Assembly (NCBI RefSeq): GCF_004010195.1
Contig: NC_057711.1
Location: 41,711,581-41,775,580, forward strand
Direction: 5' to 3'
Source of the DNA: Chiloscyllium plagiosum
Lineage: Eukaryota
Length of the DNA stretch: 64,000 nt
A model generated the notes under the pieces. That model saw only the letters and a program-made list of their open reading frames with translations, was not told the origin of the DNA and searched no databases. Shown one piece after another: positions 1 through 11,950 of the stretch (positions are counted from its first letter, which is position 1; the number at the start of each line of letters is the position of its first letter). The translations under genes and the position numbers were made by a program.

Positions 1-495
1 CTGGATGTATTCCCAGGAATATCTTCCCTCAGCACAGCTATCCCTTATCAAAAACGCCACTTCCTCCTCCTCTCTCGCCTCCCTTTCTATCCTTCCTGTA
101 GCATTTTTATCCTGGAACATTAAGCTGCCAGTCCTGCCCATCCCTGAGCCATGTTTTTGTAATTGCTATGATATCCCAGTCCCATGTCCCTAACCATGCC
201 CCGAGTTAACCTACCTTCCCCATTAGGCCCCTTGCATTGTAATAAATGCAGTTTAATTTATTCGTCCTACCTTGTCCCTGCCTGCCCTGACTGTTTGACT
301 CTCTTCTGTTCTCAACTGTACCAGTCTCAAATTGATCTCTTTCCTCACTACCTCCCTGGTACGCACCCCCCCATCTTACTAGTTTAAATCCTCCCGAGCA
401 GCTGTAGCAAATTTCCCTGCCAGTATATCACTCCCCTTCCAATTTAGGTGCAATCTGTCCTTCTTGTACAGGTCACTTCTATCTCAAAAGAGATT
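1..495 (-). mobile_element. CR1 LINE fragment spanning the ORF1 C-terminus (esterase-like) and the ORF2 N-terminal AP endonuclease
   Basis: Minus strand reads KKDRLHLNWKGSDILAGKFATAAREDLN* and then AWLGTWDWDIIAITKTWLRDGQDWQLNVPG, typical of the CR1 ORF1 end and APE start; contains stops. Confidence 0.85.
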
Positions 496-504
496 TTATT
501 CTGA

Positions 505-735
505 GGGTACTGAATCCATGGTATTCGTTACTGCAAGAGGTTGTTGAAGCTGGCTCATTAAATATATTCAGGGCTGAGATAAACAAATTTTAATCTGTAA
601 GTGAGGCAAGCATTTTGGTAAAAAGGCAGGAAAGCAAAGTAGAGAATTATCAGCTTCATGATCTGATTGAATGGAGGAGCAGACTTGATTGACCAAATGG
701 GCTACTTCCACTCCTATACCTTGTGGTCTTATCCA
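505..735 (+). mobile_element. Old CR1 LINE 3' end fragment
   Basis: Degenerate ORF2 C-terminus followed by a CR1-type 3' UTR (gaatggaggagcagacttg...ctacttccactcctat). Confidence 0.65.
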
Positions 736-1119
736 TTAATCCTGAAATTCTCTTCCAAACAAAAGTGCGGCCAGACCTACTCCTCAAAGACTGCATGGAG
801 TACATCTGCACATGACTGTGACTAAAATGGGATGAGTATGCTGTCTCTCTCTTGTTCCATTGCTCCTCAGTTTACATTAAAATTTAACTGTCTTAACCTG
901 TTTTGGCTTGAAGAAAAGAACATGTGGAATATTAAGATTGCTGTTGATCTAGTATTCTAGAAATAGACAGATCTCTCCACAGTTGCCTCCAAGGTCATAT
1001 CTTCAGTAACGCAAAGATCACTTGGGGCTGTGGATGCTTCAAAGGCACTAGGTCACTCAGGGGGAGAGGCTTCAAAGGAACAAAGATCACTCAGGGCGTG
1101 GCTCCAAACACAATAAACT

Positions 1120-2450
1120 TTGAAGGTGACAGGATAAATGCAGAGAACTATTAATAAAGCATAGTGTCCTCAGCTTTAATAAGAAGGGCACAGAGTACAA
1201 GAACAAGGAGATGATGTTGAACTTGTACAAGGCACTGGTTGGACCTCAGCTGCAGTATTCGGTGCTAAGAGAGTACCACATAACAAGGCAGATGTGAAGG
1301 CATTCGAGAAAGTGCATAAGCAATTTACAAGAATTGTTCCAGAAATGAGAAATGTCAAGGAACTAGATTGAAGAAATTAGGACTGTTATCTTTGGAGAAA
1401 AGAAGGCAGAGAGGAAATTTGTTAGAGGTCTTCAAAATGGAAAGCTAGATTGCAAGAAGCTGTTCCAACTAGTGAAAAGAACAAAAATTAGAGGGCATAG
1501 ACTTAAAGTGATCTGTAAAAGAGGCATGATGATGTGAGAAAAAAAACTCATGCGGCAAATAGTGAGGGTATGCAATGCACGAGGACCACAAGAAACATAA
1601 CAGGATCATGGTGGATCCAACATACCTGAACAGCCACTTACCTGGCCTTTCCCCACGACCCTCGATTTCCCCTACTGATTAGGAATTGCTCAATCTTAAA
1701 TATATACAAAGAGTCTGCTCCCACAGCTGTGTGGCAAGTAGTTCAGACACTTAATCCTCAGACGAAATTCCTCTGCAGTCTTCAAGTGGCACTCCTTATT
1801 TCTGAGACAATGCCCTAGCCCCTCATGAGGGGAAACATCCTCTCATCCTTTACCCTATCAAGCCCATTACAAATCCTATATGTTTCAACTAGATGACCTC
1901 TCATTCGTCTAAATTCTAATGAGTCCCATCCCAAACTGTTTTACCAGTGCTCATAAGACAATTTCTCCATACCAGGGGACCATCTTACAGGTCCTTCTCT
2001 GAACTGCCTCCAGTGAAGTAATATATTTCCTTAAAAAAGGGGACAATGCTACCCTCAGTACTCCAGATGTCTCACCAGCACCTTTTACAGTTGCAGAAAG
2101 GCTTCCCTACTTTCATACTCAAATCCCCTTGAAATAAGGGTTCATATTCCATTACCATTTCTGATTACCTGCTGCACTTGTGCACTAGTTTTCTGTCTTT
2201 TGTGTACAAGTACACCCAAGTCTGTGTTGCTGTTTTCTGCAGTTTTTCTCCATTTAAATAAACTGCTTGGATTGTGGTGGAGGCAGGTTCAATTTCGGCA
2301 TTTGAACGGGCATTGGATGATAATTTGGACAGCTATCGTGTGCAAGGTTATGAGGCAAAAAGCACGAGATTGGTACAAGGCTACAATATTCATTTGCAGA
2401 GCTGGTGTAGGCACAATGGTTGTATGGACCTCTGCACTAACAATTAAGAT
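1120..2450 (+). mobile_element. Old CR1 3' fragment interrupted by an antisense CR1 fragment (about 1581-2262)
   Basis: The host element breaks at ...aatgcac (1580) and resumes at ctgcttggattgtggtggagg (2263). The intervening DNA resembles a CR1 3' region on the - strand. Confidence 0.7.
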
Positions 2451-2593
2451 TATGTGAAGATTACCTTGGGGGCCAGACACACAAGAATACCTTGCAACTT
2501 GATAATGTAGCTATGGAGAGGTTAGAATGAGTGTCAGAGGTTAGTCATCTAACATAGATGGGAGGAAGCTTTTCTCACAAGGCACTATGGTCA

Positions 2594-2792
2594 AACACAA
2601 AGTTGGAGAAACTCAGCAGGTCCAGCAGTATTTGTGGGGATAGAAACAGAATTAACATTTCAAGTCCACTATGACTTCTTCAGAAGCTCCAGAGTTCTGA
2701 AGATGACTCACTAGATTTGAAATATTAAACGTTTCTCTCTCCAAAGATCTGACAGACCTGCTAAGTATTTCCAGCATTCATACTATTTTGCT
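2594..2792. mobile_element. Penelope-derived fold-back element (family C), decayed hammerhead core
   Basis: Arms ggagaaactcagcaggtc...cttcttcagaa and ttctgaagatg...gacctgctaagtatttcc are approximate reverse complements; same family as 48192-48400. Confidence 0.65.
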
Positions 2793-3949
2793 TTTATTCA
2801 AGTTAGTCTGTGGAATTCTTAATGACTTAACCTAACAGCCCTCTGGGGTAAAATATTCTTCAGGCTCAGGAGGGTATATCAGTAAAGGAGATAGGGATTA
2901 TGAGCAAAAGGCAGTGAAATGGAGCTGAGGATTATCAGATCAGGCATGATCTCATTGGGCTGAATGATCTACTTCTACTTGTACATCTTATCTTGTCTAA
3001 GTAGTCTTCTTGAATGGGTCCATGCCCAAATAGATGATACTCCAAACTTAGAACTACATTGCTTCTCTTTCAAAGTTGCATGGATAAAATTCCCTAATTG
3101 TACTGTCAGTAGTCCTGCACCTTGAAGACTGCAAGAAAGTACCATTATCTTCTCAAGGCCAATTAAGACTGAGCCTAAATTCAGGTCTAGCCAGCAATAT
3201 CCATCCAATAGATGAATAAACAGCCAGCTGCAACATGAGGAAGAGCCTTTTCTACACAAGTGGCCAGGAACACATCACCTGAGTGTGGAAGCTGCAGATT
3301 CAAGCTGGCTTTCAAAAAGGCAATTTAAGTACTTGAAGAAAAAAAAACTGCAAACCTACAGGGAAAGGACTGAGTAAAATATGGTTATTTGCTTTGGTAG
3401 AGCTAGTACAATCACAACGAACTAAATAGCCTCCTCTTATAACCGTTCTATGAAGACAGCCCACAAGTCAATCATCTTCCATAGAGGTCAATATACATAT
3501 TCAACATAATCATTACTATCAGGCCACAAGGACGCCATGTGTCAATACTTAAAATAAGATCGACTCCAACAATGTGGAATTTAGGCCATTTAAAAATAAG
3601 TGATCCCAGGAAATATTTGCTGTTGAACGGTTACTCCGCATCGTAACTGATTACTCTGGAACATCTGCATCTAAATTTGGCCCGTCCACGGGTTTACTTA
3701 CTCCAATTGTTCGGATAAATTATTTGTTTCGATAACAGCCAGTAAAACCGGTAGAAAACAGTCTGTTACCTGAAGGCCCTGACCCAATACACTGCTATTC
3801 CCCCATCTCCTATCCCATACTGCAGAGCAGCAGCAAAAACAAATAGGGCTGTCAATAGGAACACACTAACTCCACAAACACTTATCAGAACCTAAGCTAG
3901 TCAGTAAACACCTGCAACACCAGAACAAAAAAGACAAACCCTCACTCAC

Positions 3950-3952
3950 CAT
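3950..3952 (-). CDS. TMEM167A: Probable TMEM167A (kish-A) first coding exon, initiator ATG only; the rest of the gene lies left of the window
   Basis: Minus strand reads gcaggATG|gtgagt, a consensus donor at 3949-3944 with A at -3, at the edge of the CpG-rich promoter. The name rests on recalled knowledge that human TMEM167A is head-to-head with XRCC4 and has an ATG-only first coding exon; no further protein sequence is visible. Confidence 0.7.
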
Positions 3953-3959
3953 CCTGCAC

Positions 3960-4260
3960 ACTTCATAGCCACATCACACTTCCGGCAGGTCTGGAAGTGA
4001 CGCACTCCCCTTTCCAGCCGATTGCCTTCTCAACGCTTTCTTCCTCCTCGCCTTTGCCGGCGGTTTGTAATGACGTGCCACACAGCATCTTCACACGGGG
4101 TGGGGCTCAGGCTCAAGCGCATGTTTGTGTGAAACGTAATCGGAATCGGGCCGCACGGCGTGAGGCGCTGCGATTGGCTGGACGTGTGGAAGGTTCTGGG
4201 TGTGCTCTGATGTCGCTGTGAAATTAACCAGAGAAATGAGAGCAGAGTGTCGGCGGTAAA
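3960..4260. promoter_or_regulatory. CpG-rich bidirectional promoter
   Basis: The only clearly CpG-dense non-repeat stretch. It contains an inverted ETS pair (cacttccgg 3977-3985, ctggaagtg 3991-3999, the latter overlapping tgacg), CRE-like tgacgtg (4071), SP/KLF box ggggtggggc (4097-4106), partial NRF1-like gcgcatg (4117) and reverse CCAAT cgattggctg (4171-4180). Confidence 0.85.
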
Positions 4261-4312
4261 GGAGGCTCGGCGTTTAAATTCAGTGCACTCAGGCCGAGTC
4301 TGGTCATTAAAG
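4190..4312 (+). other. XRCC4: Candidate non-coding first exon of XRCC4 (boundaries uncertain)
   Basis: Lies downstream of the CCAAT box, with possible donors AAG|gtacaa (4313) or GCG|gtaaag (4256). The ATG exon at 49056 has an acceptor, so an upstream non-coding exon is required. Confidence 0.4.
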
Positions 4313-4789
4313 GTACAAGTTATGAGTTCAGGTTGTCTACCAGTTTGTTGTCATGAACTCTATCCGACATAAGTCCGACTGTTTGATCCTGGATAGTTTG
4401 ACTTCACATTTTTTGAAAACAAGAGTTTATAAACGCCCTTTAACGTGTGGAAACTGACAGCAAAATGTTTTGAAGTCCACGAAATTTCCGACTGAAGACC
4501 GCAAAACCCTCTTTCTTTAATAGATATAGATCAGGCAGAGATCATTCTGCCCATCTTGTCAATGTTGGCTATTTGTACACCTTTGAAGGAGTGGGCCTTG
4601 TCATTTAGACCTCAGAGGAGTTTGGCCAGCCACTTAAAACTCTGAAAGCATCCCTAGTTTTCAAATATTACTATATTCTGCAGATCTTCTGTCCGACAAT
4701 GTCCATCAGACAGTGTCATTTTTTAAATAGAAAGATGGCAGCAATTGTATTTTCATTCAACAAAATAAGTAATGTAAAATCAAGTCACC

Positions 4790-5345
4790 AAAACACAGAA
4801 ATAAAAATAGAAATGCTGGAGAAATTCATCAGGTCTAACAGCTCTAGAGGAGAAGATCAAACTGTTTGGGTTCTGAGGAAAAGTTACACTGACCTCAAAA
4901 CATTAACTCTTCCTCTCTCCACAGATGCTGCCAGACCCACTGTGCTTCTGCAGCACCTTCTTTTTGCTTAACATTTTCAGCAACCACAGTGTTTTACTTT
5001 GAAACCAAAATACTGTGGATTCTGAAGAACTGAAATAAGAACAAAAGGTGCTGAAAGAACTCAGTAGGTCTGTCAGTATGGCTGGTGAAAGAAAGTTAAT
5101 GTTGTTTTGAGCCCAATTATGACTTCTGAACTGAAGGGGCTGTAAATGATGGTGTTTTTATACTATTGATGAAGGAGCAAGTGGAACAAAAGTAAGAGAA
5201 TGGAAGGAAAGAGTCCAAGATGGACCAGGTGAGAGCAGGTTGGAATTTGGAAGCAAAATTGATGAATTTTTCCAGTTCTGGATGAGAGAAGGAAGCAGTG
5301 CCAATCCATGTACTGGAGAAAATGTTGTAGGAGGAGCACAAGTTG
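4790..5345 (-). mobile_element. Penelope-like element relics: family C terminal segments plus a reverse transcriptase fragment
   Basis: ORF 5117-5341 (-) contains WIGTASFSHPELEKFINFASKFQPALTWSILDSFLPF, resembling the Penelope RT region after the YxDD motif. Adjacent DNA has the ctggagaaa...ctctccacagatgctgccagacc arms. Confidence 0.65.
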
Positions 5346-5604
5346 AAAATGTTTCACAAATCCCATAAAGAAATGAGTATAACTTGGACCTATTAGAGTA
5401 CCTGTAACTGCATCTTTGACTTCTAATTTTAAGGTTTTTTTTTAAAACTTTGAATAATTTAATAAAAATCTGATGGTAGACATTTGATGAATTGTATATT
5501 GTGTGTTCTGGTGAAATTACAGTTAGTAAAACATATTTGATAAATTTCAAATTTAATAGCATTATCAGGACTTAAGTTTGTACTCTTTTCTCAATAGATA
5601 TTTC

Positions 5605-6510
5605 TTTTTCATTTCACTCATGGGATGTGGGCATTGCTGGCTGGGCCAGCATTTATTGCCCATCCCTAGTTGTCCTTGAAAAGGTGGTGGTGAGCTACTT
5701 TCTTGAACCACTGCAGTTCACGTGGTGTAGCTGACCCACAATGCCATTAGGGAGGGAATTCCAGGATTTTGATTCAGTAACAGCAATATATTTCCAAGTT
5801 AGGATGGTGAGTGGCTTGAAGGGGAACTTGCATGTAGTGGTGTTCCCATTTATCTGCTATCCTTCCCTTCTGGATGCAAGTAGTCAGGGATTTGGAAGGT
5901 GCTATCTAAGGATCTTTGGTGAATTTGGGCAGTGGACCTTACAGTACACACTGCTGCAACTGAGCACCGATGGAACATGGTGCCAATCAAGCAGGCTGCT
6001 TTCTCCTGGGTGGTGTCAAGGTTCCTGAATGCTGTTGAAATTTCATCCTTTTAGGCAATTGGGAAGTATTCAATCACTGTCTTGACTTTTGCCTTGTACA
6101 AAATAGAAGAGAATAGAATATAATTTATTGTTGCGTGAATAGGCTTTAGTGAGTCACGAAGATAGTGGACAGACTTTGGGGAGTCAGGAGATTCCTAGCT
6201 TCTGACCTGTTCTTGTAGCCACTGTGATTATGTGACGAGTTCAGTTGAGTTTCTGGTCAAAGGTAACCCCCAGGACGTTGATAGTCAGGAATTCAGTGAT
6301 GGTAACACCATTCACTATCAAGGGACAGTGATTAGATTGTCTTTTATTGGAGATGGTTATTGTCTGGCATTTATGTGGTACAAATATTACTTGCCAATTG
6401 TCAGCCCAAGTCCAGATATTATTGCATTTGAACATGAACTCTTTCAGTTTCTGAGTCACAAATGGTGCTGAACATTGTGCAATCATCAGCAAACATCCTC
6501 ACTTATGACA
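5605..6510 (-). mobile_element. 3' part of a second LINE family (CR1/L2 group)
   Basis: ORF 6241-6492 (-) NNIWTWADNWQVIFVPHKCQTITISNK...INVLGVTFDQKLN is an RT C-terminal motif. The tail gggatgggcaataaatgctggcccagccagc recurs at about 8.3, 16.4 and 48.7 kb. Confidence 0.75.
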
Positions 6511-7879
6511 TTATGATAAAGTGAAAGGCCGTAACCAGGAGAAGCAATTGTGTCTTCTGGTTCATGTAAGTTTGAAATAATCACAGTTATAGACTCAAAA
6601 TGATGGAAATTCAATAAGCATTTCATACAGCTGCATATGCGGCTGGAGTGCAGTTGCTCAGCACCGAACTGTAATGTAGCACTATGTTACCCTGTGTATT
6701 TGTATAACAATTCCTTGCTCTTTATGAATAACGTACTATCCCTCTTTCTTTAAAGCAAACTACTATATATTAAAACTATACCAATTATGACTTTATTTTA
6801 TATTGTGTATCAAACAACCAACTTTTGTAATGTACTTGAGTATCCTTAACTGAGGAAAAAGGAAGACATATCAGGAGACTGGAAATGTTTGAAATAATTA
6901 AACCTGTCAGAACAATTTTGGGGAGCACCTGGACAATCTGAGAAAAATTCAAGTCAAAATTGGAAAATATTTATTCAGGGATTTTTTTTTCCCAGGTTGA
7001 AAAGCTCTTCAGAGGCAATGAGTTCAGTGACAGTCCTGAAAATGGTTCGATGTTTGGTGCTGGGATCATGGTGTAGGTGCTGACAAAAAGAAGTGTCTGA
7101 GTGATTAGAACTTGCATTCCTTAAGTCCTAACGGGGAGAGAAAGTTCAGATGAAGTGTGAAATGGACAGTGCAGCATGGCGTGTGAGAAATAGGCTGAGT
7201 TCATGAAGGTAATGAGAGAGGTTTAATATGTCCATGTGACCTACTGAGCTTTTCCAGATCTTTTAGAGTTTTATTTCAGATTTCCAGCATCTGCAGTATT
7301 TTGCTTTATGTTTACAGTCTGCTGTACTGGGTTTCCCCATATTCATGATATCGCTTCTGGGTAAGGGTGTTGAGCCTTCTTGGATTTGTCAGTTATTGCT
7401 CTGTGAAGAGTTAGAATGCAGTGATGTTCACATTGTTCCTGTTGTGTTGGAGTCATGCTTGATTTTGCTCATGTTCTTTTATTTACAGGTGATGGTGTTG
7501 ATGCTGCATTACTTTGTGGGTGATGCTGTTGATGTTATGTCACTAGTTAGTGAGCTTTTTTGAGCTCAGATGGAGTTCAAGTGTGGACTCTGTTCCTTCT
7601 CATTTGCTGATTTGTTTAGGTCCCAATATTGTATGATCTTGAAGCCTCAACTTCACAAAGAACCTTTGCTAGGCTTCAGGTTTACATGTTGGATCCTGCA
7701 CATGTAAAGTTTGTCCTGTCCTGTCAACAATTCAGGCAGGGACTTAACATATTTGTGCAAGGGATGACCATCTTCTACTTGTGCGACCTTCTATTCTTTC
7801 TATCAGTGAGTTGTCTTACTCTCTTCAAGGGAGTAAGCATCCTCCTTGGCAGGGGTGTTATATGTTTTCTTATATTCAC

Positions 7880-8272
7880 TAGCTCTGCATTCTAATCTTT
7901 GTCAGCCTATAGAAGTGTAGGTCAGAATGGCAGTAAGGTGAGGTTTGGATTCTTCAGTAATTTTGTGAATGTTCTGTAGACTGTCTCAATGCAACATAGT
8001 TCAACTTGATGTCCCTTTGGGTAACATGTTGAACCGTTACTCCTCAGCAAATTCATGAAATTCTTTGGAGATCAATTGAGTTCCACTGTTGCATATTACT
8101 GATTCAGCAATCCTTTGTTCTGCAGACAGAATTTGACCTGCTGAGATTATTGTAGGTCATAAGTCTTTGATCCTTCAGATAAAAGGGAGTTTTGAGTAGT
8201 AGTCTGCAACTACAGGATACCATTCTTCATTGTCTTAATAAATCAGTTCCCACATATGGGCAGTACTGGAGT
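7880..8272 (-). mobile_element. Decayed Ty3/Gypsy LTR-retrotransposon integrase fragment
   Basis: Manual translation of the - strand gives EEWYPVVADYYSKLPFI...SAEQRIAESVICNSGTQLISKEFHEFAEE, matching the rve pattern (VVDYYSK...GIPESVISDNGPQF.S.EF..F); contains stops. May extend to about 7320. Confidence 0.65.
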
Positions 8273-9942
8273 CTTTTTTAAAATCATTCATGAGGTGTGG
8301 AATTAGCAGGCTGGCCCAGTATTTATTGCCCATCCCTAATCGCCCTTGAGCTGTCTTTTTGAACCACCGCAGTCTAAGCAGCGATATAGTCCCAAGTCAG
8401 GAAGGGAACTTGGATGTGGTGGCATTCTGACTTGGCTTTTCTTCTACGTGTGTCTGTGCATCACCCACTGTTGTACATCCACTTCATATCCCATTCGCCT
8501 GCCAAATGAGTGTCAATCCCCATCAATGGAACTAGCCATCACTGTCACAAAGATGTTGTCTCTGTTGTGATTTAGGTGTAACCTGCTGGACTTGTGCAAG
8601 CCTCACCTTCCTCAGGAACCAATATAGAGCCCTCCTCCTTACACTAACTTTTCAATCATGCGTTCATCTATCTGCCTATTCATGTGGCATCAGGAGTAAT
8701 GCAAAGATTACAATATTTTGAAGTCATGCTTTTCAATCTGCCACTTGACTCCTTCAATTCTTTTTGCAGGAACTAATCCCTATTTTTATCGATGTCATTA
8801 CTAGTAATGTGAACTGTTATCTTTGACTGTTTGCCGTCTCCTTTCAGAATGTTCTGCAACCATCAGCAACATTCTTGACCCTAGCCTCAAGAGGTACCTA
8901 CCATCCTGTGGCTGCAGAAATGCCTATCTGTAACTCTCTCAGTTGAGTCTTCTGACCCAGTAGCTCTTCCTCTGTATGGTTCCCCCCTTGAGCAGCTGGG
9001 GTCTGATAGGACTCCCTAGAGGAACTGTCACTCTTTTCCAACATAGAAAATCTTGAGTGAAATACAAATAGGTCTGTCCTGACCACCTGCCTGCCCTCCT
9101 TTTAACTGATGGTCACCCATTCCTTCTCTGACTGCAGGGGATCACATCTAAAGACATGCTATTCATGTAACTCTCAGCCTTGCAGATATACTGCATTGAC
9201 TCCAGCTGATGATGAAGCTGCAAAACCCTACACTCAAGTTGATTGAACTAGTGACATTACCTGTAGATATTATAATCTAGACTGTGCATGTGATATAATC
9301 CTGAGATCAGGACAGGGTCAAGCAGAGGTGTGCCACCATCCCCACCTTTTTCTCTATCTTAAGAGTCACAGAGTCACACAGTACGGAAACAGACCCTTCG
9401 GTCCAGCGAGTTCATGCTGACCAAGTTTCCCAACTAAACTAATCCCACCCTGCTGCATTTGGCTTATATCCCTCTAAATCTTTCCTATTCTTGGACCTAT
9501 CCGAATGGTATCTGTATATACCACTTCCTCTAGCAGTTCATTTCACAGATGAACCACCCTTTGTGTGAACAAATTGCCCCTCAGGTTTCTTTTATATCTT
9601 TTATCCTCGCACCTTAAAATTATGCCCTCTAGTTTTGAACTCCCCTACCTGAGGGAAAAGACCTACACTATTCACCTTGTCTATGCCCCTCATGATTTAC
9701 AAATCACTGTAAGGTCACCCCTCAATCTCCTACGCTCCAGGGAAAAAGGTCCGAGCCTATCGAGCCTCTCCTTATAACTCAAACCCTCCAGGCCTGGTAA
9801 TATCTTTGTAAATATTTTCTGCACCCTTTCCAATTTAATAACATCCTTCCTATAGCAGGGTGACCAGAACTGTACACAGTACTCCGAAGGTGGCCTCACC
9901 AGCTCCTGTGTGACCACAATACAACGTCAGAACTTCAGGACA

Positions 9943-10075
9943 TCCTGATGAAGGGTTAAGCCTGAAACGTTGACTCCCTTGCTCCTCAGATGCTGCCTGA
10001 CCTGCTGTGCTTTTTCCAGTGCCACACTTTATTGAGTTTGACTTCTCCAGCATCTGCAGTCCTCACTATATCTCC
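9943..10075 (+). mobile_element. Penelope-derived terminal element (family B) with a minimal hammerhead core
   Basis: CTGATGA (9945-9951), A, stem GGGT/GCCT, GAAA (9964-9967), CG, TT, followed by the family tail gatgctgcctgacctgctgtgc...ccagcatctgcagtc. Confidence 0.7.
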
Positions 10076-10366
10076 TAATCTGAGCATTGAAGGCAAGTGT
10101 GCCAAATGCTTTCTTTATCACCTTTTCTACCACTTTCAAGGAACTATGCACGAAGGTCTCTCTGTTTGATAATACTCCCCAGGGCCCAACTATTAACTCA
10201 TGCGTCCTATATTCTCATCCAAATCATTTATATAAAATGACAAACAACAGTAGATCCAGCACAGTTCCTTGCTGAATACCACTCGTCATAAGCTTCCAGT
10301 CTGAGAAACAACCCTCCACCACCTCCTCTGTCTCCTATCATCAAGCCAATTTTGTATCCAGTTGGC

Positions 10367-10686
10367 AAGCACTGTTGCCTCACAGCACCAGGGACCACCC
10401 CATTTGATTCCAGCTTTGGGCGATTGTCTGAATGGAGGTTGCACATTCTCCACATGTCTGCATGGGTTTCTTCCAGTGCTGTGTTTTCGTCCCACAGTCC
10501 AAAGATTGCAAGTTAGGTCGATTAGTCATGCAAAATTGCCTATAATGTCCAGGGACGGGCAGGCTAGGTGGATTAGCTATGGGAAATGCAGGGTTACATA
10601 GATAAGGTAGGATGATGCTCTTTCGACCGTTGGTGTGGACCCGATGGGCCGAATGGCTTGCTTTCACACTCTAGCGATTCTATAAC
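10367..10686 (+). mobile_element. Older HE1-like tRNA-derived SINE, 5' truncated
   Basis: agcactgttgcctcacagc...gcacattctcc...cccacagtccaaaga...gggccgaatggc; a diverged version of the SINE at 15109. Confidence 0.75.
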
Positions 10687-10789
10687 TAACTGTGTCAGTC
10701 CTGGCCTTGTTCATCTTATCAAAATTCAACACCTCATATTTATCTCAAGTTAAGATTCACTTCAGAATGTAACGTTAAGAAAGTCCTGG

Positions 10790-11066
10790 AATTTACAGAT
10801 GAAAAAACTGAAGCCAACATGCCCATTCTAAAAATGAGAGACTTAACAACAATCCAAGTCTTTTTCAATATATAATTTCAGTTACATCACACTGTAAACC
10901 TTTGCTATAGATTCAGTGTCCTATGATCTTATACTCCACAACCACCTGATGAAGGAGCAACGCTCTGAAAGCTAGTGCTTCCAAATAAACCTGTTGGACT
11001 ATAACCTGGTATTGTGATTTTTCACTTTGTACACCCCAGTCCAACACTGGCACCTCCAAATCATGA
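10790..11066 (+). mobile_element. Penelope-derived terminal element (family A) with an intact minimal hammerhead core at 10943-10977
   Basis: cac-CTGATGA-a-ggagc-aac-gctct-GAAA-gc-TA-gtg, then the tail aaacctgttggactataacctgg...ccagtccaacactggcacctccaaatcat. Confidence 0.75.
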
Positions 11067-11950
11067 CCAATTCTAATGTCATCCACAAACTTACCTAACC
11101 ATGTGTCCTATGTTCTTATCCAAATCACTTATATAAAATGACAAACAACAGTAGATCCAGCACAGTTCCTTGCTGAATACCACTCGTCATAAGCTTCCAG
11201 TCTGAGAAACAACCCTCCACCACCTCCTCTGTCTCCTATCATTAAGGCAATTTTGTATCCAGTTGGCAAGCTCTCCCTGAATCCCATGTGATCTCACTTT
11301 ACTAATTAATCTACCATGTGCAGTTGCATGAATGTGGTCTATCATCATCAAGAATAGAAATGTGGGTGGGTTAATACCACAGTTGAAACACATCAAGGTA
11401 AATTCATTACAGTTATATTGTTTCTATTTTTATGGTGATTGTAAACCATAATTAGATTAAAATACCAGTATACTACACCTAAAAGTCTATCTTTTCAGGA
11501 TCAACCATGCAAAACCTTGTCAAAAGCCTTAATAAAGTCCACGTAGGCAATGCCTACCAGTCTGCCCTCATCTATCTTCTTGGTCACATCCTCAAAAAAC
11601 TCAATCAAGTTTGTGGACATGATATCCCAAACACAAAGCCATGCTAGCTATCCCTCATCAGTCCTTGCCTCTCCAAATGCACATAAATCCTTTCTCTCAG
11701 AATCCCCTCCAACAACTTATCCACTACTGATATCAAATTCAAGGATTTGTAGTTACCAGGCTTCTCCTTTTAGCCTTTCTTCGATAAAGGCGCAACATCA
11801 GCCACTGTCCAGTCTTCTGGCACCTCACCTTTGGCTGTGGATAATACAAATATTTTGTGTTGGGCCCCACAAATTCTTCTCTAGTTTCACACAATGTCTT
11901 CATTACACTTGATCAGGTCCTGGAGATTTATCTACCTTTCTAGTTTTAAG

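Noticed and set aside
1-3940. Intronic scaRNA (human TMEM167A is recalled to host SCARNA18)
   Set aside because: No H/ACA double-hairpin candidate recognised in this part of the intron; it probably lies outside the window.
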